64,000 nucleotides of DNA from an uncultured Actinomycetota bacterium (GCA_963703165.1 OY969798.1:4622585-4686584); one strand, 5' to 3'. Positions 1 through 9,601 are shown, counted from the first letter of the stretch. The notes: generated from the sequence alone by a model not told the origin. Made by a program: numbers and translations.

Positions 1-926
1 CCCTGCTCGGCGTTGACGATGGACTTGTCGATGAGCCCGGCGAGGGTGTCGAGGATGGCTTCGCGCGGCAGTTCGGCGTCGGAGCACACCACCTCGGCCG
101 CGGCCAGGTCGAAGGAACCGGTGAAGATCGCGAGGCGCGCCCACAGCAGCTGCTCCGCGGGTGTGCACAGGTCGTGGCTCCAGTCGACCGTCGCGCGCAG
201 CGTGCGGTGGCGAGCCGGTGCAGTCCGCCCACCTTCGACGAGCAACGCGAAACGGTCCTCCAACCGGGCGGCGAGGTCCGTGACGGTCAGCACCCGCAGT
301 CGCACCGCGGCCAGTTCCAGGGCCAGCGGAATGCCCTCCAGTCGCTGACAGACCCGGGTGACCGCGTCGACGTTGGACGCGTCGACGACGAACCCGGGCA
401 CGACGGTGGCCGCACGCTCGGCGAACAGGCGCGCGGCCACCGGAATCTCCAGCGGGTCGATCCGCAGGAGGATCTCCCCGGTCACGCCGAGGCGCTGTCG
501 GCTGGTGGTGACGACGTGCAGCCGGTCGGCCGCGCGCAACAACTCATCGACGACGCCGGCCGTCCGGTCGAGCAGATGCTCGCAGTTGTCCAGGATCAGC
601 AGCACCCGCCGGCGTCGCAGGAACTCGATCAGCGTCGTCATCGGGTTGCGCGCCGAGCGCTGGGAGATGCCCAGGCTGTCCACGATCGTGTGCGGCAGCA
701 GAGCGGGGTCGGCCAGCGCGGCGAGCTCGACCAGCCACACACCGTCCGGGAAGCCGGCCGCGAGTTCGGCCGCTGCCTGCTGCGCCAGGCGGGTCTTGCC
801 GACCCCGCCGACGCCGGACAGCGTGATCAGGCGTCCCTCGCCGAGCAACAGGCAGATCTCGTCCAGCTCGTCCCGGCGCCCGACGAAGCTTGTGATCGGC
901 GCGGGTACGTTGCCGCGCCAGGCCAT
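1..926 (-). CDS. large ATP-binding transcriptional regulator, N-terminal NB-ARC/AAA ATPase portion (LuxR-LAL or SARP/TPR type); C-terminus lies outside the window
   Basis: Reverse-strand translation from the ATG at 926..924 gives MAWRGNVPAPITSFVGRRDELDEI...LSGVGGVGKTRLAQQAA (Walker A) ...LLILDNCEHLL (Walker B-like) ...RQRLGVTGE... and stays open to the window edge. It is absent from the ORF track because it runs off the window. Confidence 0.6.
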   Translation of the reverse strand, partial: MAWRGNVPAPITSFVGRRDELDEICLLLGEGRLITLSGVGGVGKTRLAQQAAAELAAGFPDGVWLVELAALADPALLPHTIVDSLGISQRSARNPMTTLIEFLRRRRVLLILDNCEHLLDRTAGVVDELLRAADRLHVVTTSRQRLGVTGEILLRIDPLEIPVAARLFAERAATVVPGFVVDASNVDAVTRVCQRLEGIPLALELAAVRLRVLTVTDLAARLEDRFALLVEGGRTAPARHRTLRATVDWSHDLCTPAEQLLWARLAIFTGSFDLAAAEVVCSDAELPREAILDTLAGLIDKSIVNAEQ

Positions 927-950
927 GCGTCGGGAAGCTAGCACCCCGGC

Positions 951-1397
951 GTGTCACCGGGCGGCCCTGGGAGTTTGCCGAATACTCGATGGATGCTCCC
1001 CATCGCCCGTTCCGGGGTGGTCCTGGCCGCCGCCGCGCTGGTCGTCGTCGCCGTCCCGACCGTCACCCGGGCCGAATCGGTGCCACGGGGCCGGTTGGTG
1101 GTCTGCAACCACGCGAGCTACATCCACAAGGTCTACGCCGACGGGCCCTCCAGCCGGCAGGAGGATCTGGCCGGGGAGTCGGACGAGTGCACGCATTGGC
1201 GGCCGGTGCTGCCCGGCAGGTACAGCGTCGGCTACGTCGCCCGGATCCCGTCGAACAAGAACCTCGTGTTCTCGGCACGGGTGAAGCACGGCGACAAGCT
1301 CTTCTACAAAAAGGTCAAGCCGTTCGGGTACGGCGTTGCCGTCCACGTCACCCCCGGTGAGGTCACTCGGATCGACTGGTTCGTCCGCCGAGCGTGA
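951..1397 (+). CDS. hypothetical small secreted protein
   Basis: The 148-aa ORF has a signal-peptide-like N-terminus (LPIARSGVVLAAAALVVVAVPTVTRAES). An internal Met at 993 is an alternative start. I see no recognisable domain. Confidence 0.35.
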   Translation: MSPGGPGSLPNTRWMLPIARSGVVLAAAALVVVAVPTVTRAESVPRGRLVVCNHASYIHKVYADGPSSRQEDLAGESDECTHWRPVLPGRYSVGYVARIPSNKNLVFSARVKHGDKLFYKKVKPFGYGVAVHVTPGEVTRIDWFVRRA

Positions 1398-1473
1398 GGC
1401 GCAGAGTCGCCGGATATCAACAAACCCTCAACATGATGGTGTCGGCACCGGCCCGTCTGCTTGGCTCCTCGTC

Positions 1474-2157
1474 ATGAGGCCCGGTCAGGTTCTGGTCGTC
1501 GACGATGACGACGGCATCCGCACGGTCGTGACCTGGCAGCTGGAGCGCGACGGCTTCGCGGTCGAGGTGGCCCCCGACGGGGAGAGCGCGCTGGCCCAAA
1601 TCGCGGCCTCGGCGCCCGACCTGGTGGTGCTCGACCTCTCCCTGCCCGGACTGAGCGGGCTCGACGTCCTGGCGCTGCTGCGCCGGGCCGGCGATCTCCC
1701 GGTCATCGTGCTGACGGCGCGCAGTGGCGAGAACGATCGCGTCCTGGGCCTGGACCTCGGGGCCGACGACTACCTGGTCAAGCCGTTCTCCACCTTGGAG
1801 CTCGCCGCGCGCATCCGTTCCGTCCTGCGCCGCAGCCAGTCCGCGGAGCCGTCCCTGTTCCTGGACTTCGGGCGGCTGATGATCGACCTGCGCTCCCACG
1901 AGGTCCGACGTGACTCCCAACGGGTGCAGCTCACCGCCAAGGAGTACGAGCTGCTCGTCTGCCTGGCCGGTTCGCCGCGCACTGCCTTCACCCGCGCCGA
2001 ACTGCTCAGTACCGTGTGGCGGTCCTCGCCCGAGTGGCAGCGCGACAGCACGGTGACCGAACACATCCACCGCCTCCGGCACAAACTGGAGGACGACCCG
2101 GCCCGCCCCCGCTGGATCTGCACGGTCCGCGGCTCGGGCTACCTCTTCGAACCGTGA
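1474..2157 (+). CDS. OmpR-family two-component response regulator
   Basis: Receiver motifs VLVVDDDDGIRTV...LVVLDLSLPGLSGLDV...VIVLTARSGENDRVLGLDLGADDYLVKPFS are followed by a winged-helix C-terminus (TAKEYELL...VRGSGY). I chose the ATG at 1474 (MRPGQVLVVDDD), which lies inside the longer ORF. Confidence 0.85.
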   Translation: MRPGQVLVVDDDDGIRTVVTWQLERDGFAVEVAPDGESALAQIAASAPDLVVLDLSLPGLSGLDVLALLRRAGDLPVIVLTARSGENDRVLGLDLGADDYLVKPFSTLELAARIRSVLRRSQSAEPSLFLDFGRLMIDLRSHEVRRDSQRVQLTAKEYELLVCLAGSPRTAFTRAELLSTVWRSSPEWQRDSTVTEHIHRLRHKLEDDPARPRWICTVRGSGYLFEP

Positions 2158-3815
2158 GCGTCGACCTCTACAGCAGCGTGCTCGACCTGCTGGTCTCCGG
2201 CGCACCCCAGCAGCGAGTGCTTGAAACGATCACCGGCGCCCTCGAGCACCTGATCCCCGGATCCCTGGCTGCGGTGCTACTCCTGGACCGGAAGGCCGGT
2301 GTCCTTCGCGTCGGGGCCGGACAATCTCTGCCGGCGCAGTGGATCGAGTTCATCGATCCCTGGCCCGTCGGCCCCGGAGTCGGGTCCTGCGGCGACGCCG
2401 CCCACACCATGCGCCGGGTCGTCACCGCCGACGTGACGACCGACCCGCGCTGGGACGGCTTCCGGGAACTCGGCATCGCCTGCGGGCTGCGCGCCTGCTG
2501 GTCGACGCCCATCGTGGACGGGCAGGGCGAACTGCTCGGGACCTTCGCGATTTATCACGACCGACCGCACAGCCCCACCGAGCAGGAACTGGAGCTGGTG
2601 GATCGGTGCACCCACCTGGCCGCGGTTGCCGTCGAGCACGCAGCCGTGCAGGCACAGCGCAGCCGCGCCATCGAGGCGGAAGTGGCGCAGCGGACGGCGG
2701 AGACGGCGAGCCGGGCCAAGTCGCAATTCCTGTCCGCCATGAGCCATGAATTGCGGACCCCGTTGACGGCTCTGCTCGGCTTCGCGGCGCTGTTGGACAC
2801 CCTGGAGCCGGATCGGCGGGTCACCGCGATCAACCGGATCCAGGAGGCTGCGAGTCACGTCGTGGCGATCCTCGACGACGTGCTGGACATTGCCGCGATC
2901 GAGGCGAGCGCCGTCACGTTCGAACCGGAGCCGATCGCGCTGGATCTCTTGGTGCGTGAGGTGCTGGAACTCGTCGGTCCGCTGGCTGCCGAACGCGATG
3001 TCACGCTCTCCTTGCACACCGAGGGCCCGTCGGTCACGGTCAGCGCCGACGCACGACGGGCGCGGCAGGTCCTGCTGAACTTGACCACCAATGCGATCAA
3101 GTACAACCGGGTCGGCGGTGCGGTGCGCGTCGAGGTGACTCGGCGTCAGGACCACGGCCTGGCAAGGGTCATCGACACCGGAGCCGGGATCGCGCGGGAC
3201 CAGCTCTGGCGTGCCTTCGTGCCCTTCGACCGGCTCGGCGCCGAACGCACGGGCACGCAGGGGTCGGGACTCGGCCTGTCGCTGTCCCGCGCACTCACCC
3301 AGGCCATGCACGGGGAGCTGATCCTCGACAGCGCGGTGGGGGAGGGCACCACCGCGGAGCTGCGCCTTCCGCTGGCGAGCCGGGGAGCTCCGGGGTCGCG
3401 AACCGAACGCGAGAGCCCCGAGCGGGGCGGCCTGGCCGTGCGCAAGGACGTCCGCGGCATCGTCGTGCACGTCGAGGACGACCCGATCTGCGCAGACCTG
3501 GTGATGGAGCTGTTCCGCTGTCGGCCCGCGGTGCACCTGGTCAGTTGCCCGACCGGGGCCGCAGGCCTCACCGCGGCGGGCAAGCTGGCGCCGGACCTGA
3601 TCCTGCTGGACCTGGATCTGCCCGACATGACGGGCGAGGAGTTCATCGCCGCCCTGTCGCACCCTGAATTCGACGGACCCCCGCCGCCGATCGCGATCCT
3701 CAGCGGGCGCCCCGCGCTGGCGCCGGGGAACCTGCCGACGTTCCGCAAGCCGGTCGTGGTCACGGATCTGCTCGCGCACGTGGACGAACGGCTGCGTTCG
3801 GTACAGCCCCGATGA
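2154..3815 (+). CDS. hybrid sensor histidine kinase (GAF - HisKA - HATPase_c - C-terminal receiver)
   Basis: The GTG at 2154 overlaps the TGA of the response regulator (GTGA). I read a GAF domain (PIVDGQGELLGTFAIYHDRPHSPTEQELELV), an H-box (SHELRTPLTALLGFAALL), N/G boxes (LNLTTNAIKYNRVGG...DTGAGI...GSGLGLSLS) and a C-terminal REC domain (IVVHVEDDPICADLVMELF...LILLDLDLPDMTGEEF). Confidence 0.8.
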   Translation: MSVDLYSSVLDLLVSGAPQQRVLETITGALEHLIPGSLAAVLLLDRKAGVLRVGAGQSLPAQWIEFIDPWPVGPGVGSCGDAAHTMRRVVTADVTTDPRWDGFRELGIACGLRACWSTPIVDGQGELLGTFAIYHDRPHSPTEQELELVDRCTHLAAVAVEHAAVQAQRSRAIEAEVAQRTAETASRAKSQFLSAMSHELRTPLTALLGFAALLDTLEPDRRVTAINRIQEAASHVVAILDDVLDIAAIEASAVTFEPEPIALDLLVREVLELVGPLAAERDVTLSLHTEGPSVTVSADARRARQVLLNLTTNAIKYNRVGGAVRVEVTRRQDHGLARVIDTGAGIARDQLWRAFVPFDRLGAERTGTQGSGLGLSLSRALTQAMHGELILDSAVGEGTTAELRLPLASRGAPGSRTERESPERGGLAVRKDVRGIVVHVEDDPICADLVMELFRCRPAVHLVSCPTGAAGLTAAGKLAPDLILLDLDLPDMTGEEFIAALSHPEFDGPPPPIAILSGRPALAPGNLPTFRKPVVVTDLLAHVDERLRSVQPR

Positions 3816-3992
3816 ATTCTCAACAACCGTTGAGAATGGTCAGTCGATCAATTGTTGTTGTTTCCTGCAGGAAGCCGGCGACGAAGTAATTACCTGTCTG
3901 CGCCACAGGTGATCTTGTGGCTGGCGGACCGGTTCTTCTAGTTTGGCCACAGCCGCCAGAAGGCGGCTTCAAATTAAGCCGAGAGGCACATC

Positions 3993-4490
3993 ATGGTCGG
4001 CGTCGCCCTGATGTTCACCGGAGCGGTGCTCCTGGTGAACGGGCTGGCTCTGTGCGGAAAAGTGGACGGCCCGAGCGTCGCGGTGTTCAACCTGATCGCG
4101 GGCTCCCTGAACGTCGGAGTGGGGATCCACTCCGGCCTCAACGGCAATCCCTTCGGCATGGGCCAACTCTTCCTGTTCGCGTTCACCTATCTGTGGATGG
4201 CGTGGAACGTCCTGGCCGGGGTCAGTGACTGGCGCGCCTTCGGCTGGTACTGCGGGTTCGTGGCCGTGATGGCGGTGCCCACCTCGTTGACCACCTACGC
4301 GGCGGACGCCCCGTGGTTCGGTGGGTTCTGGATGTCCTGGGCGGTGCTCTGGTACCTGTTCTTCCTCATGTTCGGCCTCGGCCTGAAGATCCGCGACATG
4401 TTCGCGGGCGTGACCACGGCGACGATCGGGATCGCGACGGCGATGGTTCCGGGCTATCTGATCGCCTCCGGCACCTGGGGAGGTGGCTGA
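3993..4490 (+). CDS. AmiS/UreI-family proton-gated amide/urea channel
   Basis: The 165-aa polytopic protein matches AmiS/UreI signatures as I remember them (MVGVALMFTGAVLLVNGLALCGKVDGPSVAVFN...LFLFAFTYLWMAWNVLAGVSDWRAFGWYCGFVAV...WAVLWYLFF). A GAGAGG ribosome-binding site sits about 8 nt upstream. Confidence 0.65.
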   Translation: MVGVALMFTGAVLLVNGLALCGKVDGPSVAVFNLIAGSLNVGVGIHSGLNGNPFGMGQLFLFAFTYLWMAWNVLAGVSDWRAFGWYCGFVAVMAVPTSLTTYAADAPWFGGFWMSWAVLWYLFFLMFGLGLKIRDMFAGVTTATIGIATAMVPGYLIASGTWGGG

Positions 4491-4494
4491 TCCC

Positions 4495-5142
4495 ATGCGC
4501 GTGACGACTTGTCAGTTGCGTAGGACCGGCGCGGTGCTCGCCGCGACCGGAGCGCTCGGTCTGCTGTGCGGCCCGGCCGCCGCCGACGTCAGTGTCGCCT
4601 CCGGCGACGTGACCGCCGGCAGCACGGGATTCGTGGGTCTTGCCGTGTCCACCGAACGCCTCGACGCCGCGACCAACCGCGTCGAGTTGCGGCTCCCGAT
4701 CGATCGGACCTTCGCCACGGTGGCCGCCGGCGCGAAGCCCGGCTGGGACGTCTCGCTGGCGCGCGTCGGCACGGAGGCGATCAGCGCGATCACCTGGACC
4801 GCGCAGACCGACGCCTACGCGATCCGCCCGGGCAACTTCGAGATGTTCTCCGTCAAGCTCGGCCCGATGCCGGCCGACGTCGACCAGTTCGCACTCTCCG
4901 CCGTGCAGTCCTACACCGACGGCCAGACCGCACCCTCGACCGTCATGGTGGCCGTCCTCCAGGACCCGGCGATGGTGCCAGCGGCTGCAGTAGCGGAGGC
5001 CGCTGCGGCCCCTGCCGTCGAGGAGCCGGACAACGCCGCCCGGGTGGCGGCAGGGCTCGCCGTCGGCGTGGTCTTCCTGCTGCTGGGCGTCCTCGTTGCC
5101 GCAGCGGTGAATCGCCGCGGACGACAGCCCGATCCGGTCTGA
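4495..5142 (+). CDS. YcnI-like DUF1775 cell-surface protein (signal peptide plus C-terminal TM anchor)
   Basis: Signal peptide MRVTTCQLRRTGAVLAATGALGLLCGPAAA is followed by a DUF1775-like beta-sandwich core (GFVGLAVSTERLDAATNRVELRLPIDRTFATVAAGAKPGWDVSLARVGTEAISAITWTA...FEMFSVKLGPMP), an Ala/Pro-rich linker and a C-terminal TM helix LAVGVVFLLLGVLVAAAV. It starts 5 nt after the channel gene. Confidence 0.55.
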   Translation: MRVTTCQLRRTGAVLAATGALGLLCGPAAADVSVASGDVTAGSTGFVGLAVSTERLDAATNRVELRLPIDRTFATVAAGAKPGWDVSLARVGTEAISAITWTAQTDAYAIRPGNFEMFSVKLGPMPADVDQFALSAVQSYTDGQTAPSTVMVAVLQDPAMVPAAAVAEAAAAPAVEEPDNAARVAAGLAVGVVFLLLGVLVAAAVNRRGRQPDPV

Positions 5143-5152
5143 CCCAGGCCCG

Positions 5153-6493
5153 TCAATCCCAGGGTTCGGGTTCCGGGAAGGTGATCGGAACCAGCAGGCC
5201 CTGTTGGAGTTTCCAGTAGTCGAGGCGCACGGTCCACCCGCGATGATGCACGTCGAAGTGGTGCCGATCGCAGAGCAGGACGCCGTTCTCCGCTGACGTT
5301 TCGCCGTGGTCCCTTGTCCAGTGCTTCCGGTGGTGCGCGACGCAGTCATGGGCCGGGACATCGCATCCGGGGAAGGTGCAGCCGGTGTGTCGCGGGCGAC
5401 GATTGCGGCCCAGATCGCCGGGGGCCAGATGCGGGTCGTACGGCCCACCGAGAGCGGCTTGCCGTGCGGGTCGAGCACGATCGGGGTGATCTCCGCGTCG
5501 CAGAGGTGGCGCTGCAGGGCGGCGAGGGTCAGTGCCCCGCCGGTGGCGAGCGCGGCCTTGGTGATGTGAACCTGGGGGCGACGTCCGCGGCTGGTGGGGA
5601 GCTTCCCGTGCCTGAGTTCGCTGCCGAAGATGTGCACCATCGCGTCCGCGCGACGCTGGCCGGGGGTGCGCGGGTCCGTACCGCCGTTGGGTTGCGGGTT
5701 CGGTGCGTCGAGGGCCGATGGCGGTCTTGGCGGCGGCGATGTTGTCCACGCGGTCGCGCCAGGTGATCGACGCGGTGCCGTCGTGGTGGTCGCGGTAGTT
5801 CACCCCACGGACGCGTTCGGCGTCCTCGTCGTCCTTGAGTTTCCCGTCCGGGTCGGCTGCGTCCTGCAGCGCTTGCCCGACCTTGCGCAGGTCGTCGGCG
5901 TTGAGTTCGGCGGCCTTCTGCAGCAGGAGGTCGCGGGCGAACTCGCGGTGCTCGGTGGAGGTCTTGGGCGGGAGCATGTCCAGGGCCTTCACGGTGACCC
6001 GGAACTGGTCCCAGTTCACGTCACCGGAGCCCAACGCGGCGCCGACGGCGGCGTGGGGGCCTTTGCGGGTGCAGGCGACGGCCAGTTTCGCGGTGGCACC
6101 CGCGGCGGCGGGGGTCTCGCGCAGGCGGTGGCGCAGCCAGGCTTTGGTGCTCTTCGCGCCGGAGACCTCGGCGGCCCCGCGTTCGGTCATCTCGGCGACG
6201 CTGACGAGGTGGGCGTACTGGAACCGGCCGCGCAGGCGGTGGGTGCGTTCGACCAGGTCGACGGACTCGGCGTCGGTCCCGCGCCACGCCTCGTTCGCCG
6301 CGGCCTGGAGGAAGTCCTCCAGAGCTGCTTCGAGCACGCCGAGGGCAGCGTTGGCCGGGCTGGCCATGTGCTCTCCGACGTTGTTGTCCATACCCGGAAC
6401 TCTAGAGAGACCCACCGACAAGTTTTCGCCCGGAATGGGGCCCCCAGATAAGAGATTCCCTATATTGCCTGAGGGATCCTGACGCTCTGTCAT
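5153..6493 (-). pseudogene. DUF222-HNH endonuclease (13E12-repeat family), reading frame switched twice internally
   Basis: The listed frame gives a DUF222 N-terminus and an HNH C-terminus (CTFPGCDVPAHDCVAHHRKHWTRDHGETSAENGVLLCDRHHFDVHHRGW), but an Arg/Pro-rich nonsense stretch between them. The conserved middle segment (ITKAALATGGALTLAALQRHLCDAEITPIVLDPHGKPLSVGRTTRIWPPAIWAAIVARD) is encoded in a different minus frame (ORF 4366..5640). This implies two compensating 1-nt indels near 5390 and 5650-5750. Confidence 0.5.
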
Positions 6494-6598
6494 CTATTTC
6501 CACGGCAACCACAAGGGGCACCTCAGGCACACCTTGCGCCCACCCGCGCAGAGCACCTGAACAGCACCCCAGACCCCACCGACCATGCTTCCGACGGC

Positions 6599-7303
6599 TT
6601 ACCGTCCGCGCGACACCAGCGCAGTCAGCCGCGAGGCGCGGCGACGCAGGTGTTCGACGGCTGTTCGTTCGTCCACTTCACCGCTGACGAACACCAGACA
6701 CAGAGCAGCCAGAGATCCGTCAGCGAACCGCAACGGCGTGGCCAACGCGCTCAGCCCGGGGATCACCTCGCCGGTGGTGCGCACGTAGCCGCTCTCGCGG
6801 GCCCAAGGGATCTCAGGGCGCTCGTCCGGTTGCGGGGGACCGGCGGCGAGGATCGCCAGGCCGGGTGCTCCGCGGTCGAGGCGATGGCGCTGGCCCGGGT
6901 TGTGGGAGACGTGGGCTCGGGACCGGCGTGGTTCGACCGACAACAGCGTCACGGCCTCGGTGCCACTGGGCACCACGAGGAACGCGGTGGCGCCTAGCTC
7001 GTCGGCCAACTCGGCCAGTTCCGGGGTCGCGGCCGCCGCGAGTTCGGTCCGCACCGCGCGGGCGAGCCCGGCGACGGCGAGGCCGAGGCGGTAGCGGCCG
7101 TCGGGTTCGCGCTCGAGGAACGCGCGGTCCTCCAGCGTGCGGACTATGCGGTACGCGATCGAGCGGTGCACGCCGGCGGTGGTGGCGATCTCCGCGACCG
7201 TGCGCGGCAGACCGTCCGCCAATAGCTCGAGGACGTCGAGGCCGCGTTCGAGCGTCTGCAGGCGGACGCCGGCGGGTGCAGGGGGCTCCGGTACGCTCGG
7301 CAT
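6599..7303 (-). CDS. IclR-family transcriptional regulator
   Basis: N-terminal HTH (VRLQTLERGLDVLELLADGLPRTVAEIATTAGVHRSIAYRIVRTLED) and a C-terminal IclR effector domain. The start is at 7303 (MPSVPEP) or 7324. It is divergent from the StyA-like gene with a 64-bp spacer. Confidence 0.8.
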   Translation of the reverse strand: MPSVPEPPAPAGVRLQTLERGLDVLELLADGLPRTVAEIATTAGVHRSIAYRIVRTLEDRAFLEREPDGRYRLGLAVAGLARAVRTELAAAATPELAELADELGATAFLVVPSGTEAVTLLSVEPRRSRAHVSHNPGQRHRLDRGAPGLAILAAGPPQPDERPEIPWARESGYVRTTGEVIPGLSALATPLRFADGSLAALCLVFVSGEVDERTAVEHLRRRASRLTALVSRGR

Positions 7304-7367
7304 CGTTCGCTCATAGAACAGCATGCTCGATATCAGAGCAAGTCCTGCTGCAGATCGGAGTGGCGCC

Positions 7368-8624
7368 ATGACCAACATCGGCATCATCGGAGCGGGTGTC
7401 TCCGCCCTGCACCTGGGCTTGCGACTACGGCAGCACGACATCCCGGTCACCATCTACGCCGAGAAGACAGCCGAGGACCTGACCGGCTCGAAGCTGATGA
7501 ACACCGTCGCGCACCACGCCCCGACCCTGGAGCGGGAACGCCAACTCGGGGTGCACCACTGGGACTCCGCCGAGTACGGCTACTTCTGTCATCACCACTA
7601 CGTCGGTGGGCCGCACCCCATGGCGTTCCGCGGAGACTTCCTCCGCGAGTCCAGCGCGATCGACTACCGGCTCTACCTGCCGCGGCTGATGGCGGACTTC
7701 GAGGAGCGGGGCGGGCGGATCGAGATGCGCGGCGGGATCCAGGCCGACGATCTGGACGGGCTCAGCGCACCGCACGACCTACTGGTGGTCGCGGCGGGCA
7801 AGGGCTCGCTCGGGGCGATGTTCCCCAGGCGCGCGGACAAGTCGCCGTACGACCGGCCGCAGCGGCGGCTGTGCGTCGGGCTCTATCGCGGGATCGCGGA
7901 GTCCGAGCCCAAGGGCGTCACGCTGAGCATCTCGCCGGGAAACGGCGAACTGGTCGAGATCCCCATCCTGACCTTCGAGGGCAAGGTCGCCGCCCTGCTC
8001 TTCGAGAACATCCCGGGCGGCGAACTGGAGATGCTCGCGGACCTCGACCAGGACGCCGACCCGCAGACGTTCGAGGCCACGATCCTCGGTGTGCTGGAGA
8101 AGCACTACCCGTTGACCTTCGAACGGGTGAACCGGGCCGAGTTCGGGCTGACGCGGCCTCAGGACCTCCTGCAGGGCGGGCTGATCCCGCACCTGCGCGC
8201 CGATTACGCCCCACTGGGCAACGGGAAGTTCGCCCTCGCCATGGGCGACGTGCACGCGCTCCACGACCCATTGGTGGGCCAGGGCGCGAACTCCGCGTCA
8301 CACAGCGCCTGGGCGGTCGGCGACGTCATCCTGGAGGACATCGGCTTCGACGAACTGTTCTGCCGACGAGTCGTCCGCCGTCGCTCCGAGGTCGTCGAGG
8401 CGACCATGGACTGGACCAACCTCATGGTCGGCCCCCCGACGCCTCACCTGTTGGCGATGCTGATCGCGATGGCGCAGAACAAGCAGGTCGCCGACGAGTT
8501 CACCGCCAACTTCGGGGCCACGGATCAGCAGTGGACGAACCTCGCGACTCCCGAGCGCACCGCCGCCTATCTGCGCGGCCACGGCATCGACATGGGCGAG
8601 CTTCTCGCCGCGGCGGGGATGTGA
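7368..8624 (+). CDS. StyA/IndA-like FAD-dependent epoxidase (group E flavoprotein monooxygenase, oxygenase component only)
   Basis: MTNIGIIGAGVSALHLGLRLRQHDIPVTIY...LMNTVAHHAPTLERER...YFCHHHYVGGPHPMAFRGDF...AIDYRLYLPRLMADFEERGGRIE...RRLCVGLYRGI...LVGQGANSASHSAWAVGDVIL matches the styrene monooxygenase StyA sequence as I remember it along its whole length. No StyB-like reductase gene is adjacent. Confidence 0.7.
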   Translation: MTNIGIIGAGVSALHLGLRLRQHDIPVTIYAEKTAEDLTGSKLMNTVAHHAPTLERERQLGVHHWDSAEYGYFCHHHYVGGPHPMAFRGDFLRESSAIDYRLYLPRLMADFEERGGRIEMRGGIQADDLDGLSAPHDLLVVAAGKGSLGAMFPRRADKSPYDRPQRRLCVGLYRGIAESEPKGVTLSISPGNGELVEIPILTFEGKVAALLFENIPGGELEMLADLDQDADPQTFEATILGVLEKHYPLTFERVNRAEFGLTRPQDLLQGGLIPHLRADYAPLGNGKFALAMGDVHALHDPLVGQGANSASHSAWAVGDVILEDIGFDELFCRRVVRRRSEVVEATMDWTNLMVGPPTPHLLAMLIAMAQNKQVADEFTANFGATDQQWTNLATPERTAAYLRGHGIDMGELLAAAGM

Positions 8625-8629
8625 GTGCG

Positions 8630-9601
8630 ATGAGTGCCAAGCCGTTCGCCTCCTCTGCCGACCTCACCGCGAAGACCGAGACCCTGGAGACCCTCGCCGA
8701 CGGCGTCTGGGCGTTGACCGCCGAGGGTGACCCGAACGTCGGCGCCATCGAGGGCAAGGACTTCGTCGTCGCCTTCGAGGCCCGGGCCACCCCGGCGGCG
8801 GCCCGAGACTGGTTGCGGCAGCTGCGTGAGCTGACCGACAAGCCCGTCAAGTATCTGATTCTCAGTCACTATCATGCTGTGCGGGTACTCGGGGCCAGCG
8901 CGTTCGACGCCGAGGTGATCGTCGCGCACGAGAACACTCGCAAGCTCATCGCGGAGCGGGGCAAGGAGGACTGGGACTCCGAATACGGCCGGATGCCGCG
9001 ACTGTTCAAGGAGCCGGAAGGGATCCCGGGACTCACGTGGCCCGATGTCACGTTCTCCGACAAGGTGACGATCGACCTCGGTGGGGACCGCGGCGAACTG
9101 GTGCTGCAGTACTGCGGCCGTGGGCACACGGCAGGTGACATCGTCGCGTGGTTGCCGCGGCAGCGGATCCTGTTCGCGGGGGACCTCGTCGAGGCACAGG
9201 CCGCGCTGTACACCGGGGACGCCTTCCACACCGACTGGTCCACCGGGACGTTGGACCGGGTCGGCGCCTTCGAGGCCGAGGTCGTCGTCGGGGGCCGCGG
9301 CATCGTGCCGCGCGGCCGCGAGGCGGTGGATGCCGCGATCGCGCAGACCCGGGACTTCCTGCTGGTGATGCGCCGTGAGGTCGGTGCTGCGCACACGGCC
9401 GGCGGGACGTTGCGCGACGCGTTCGAGGCGACCCACGCGGCCCTGGCGCCGCAGTACAGCCAGTGGCCGATCTTCGAGCACTGCCTGCCCTTCAACGTGC
9501 AGCGACTGTGGGACGAGTTCGACGGCGTCGACTGGCCCCGGATCTGGACCGCGCAGCGGGATCGCGAGGTCTGGGACCAGTTGCAGAGCGACCCGACGTG
9601 A
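8630..9601 (+). CDS. MBL-fold metallo-hydrolase
   Basis: ILSHYHAVRVLGASAF...GHTAGDIVAWLPRQRILFAGDLVE carries the HxHxDH-type metal site. The ATG at 8630 lies 5 nt after the StyA-like stop. Confidence 0.75.
   Translation: MSAKPFASSADLTAKTETLETLADGVWALTAEGDPNVGAIEGKDFVVAFEARATPAAARDWLRQLRELTDKPVKYLILSHYHAVRVLGASAFDAEVIVAHENTRKLIAERGKEDWDSEYGRMPRLFKEPEGIPGLTWPDVTFSDKVTIDLGGDRGELVLQYCGRGHTAGDIVAWLPRQRILFAGDLVEAQAALYTGDAFHTDWSTGTLDRVGAFEAEVVVGGRGIVPRGREAVDAAIAQTRDFLLVMRREVGAAHTAGGTLRDAFEATHAALAPQYSQWPIFEHCLPFNVQRLWDEFDGVDWPRIWTAQRDREVWDQLQSDPT

Noticed and set aside
2277-3779. 500-aa - strand ORF
   Set aside because: It is antisense to the hybrid histidine kinase, which has H, N, G boxes and a receiver domain.
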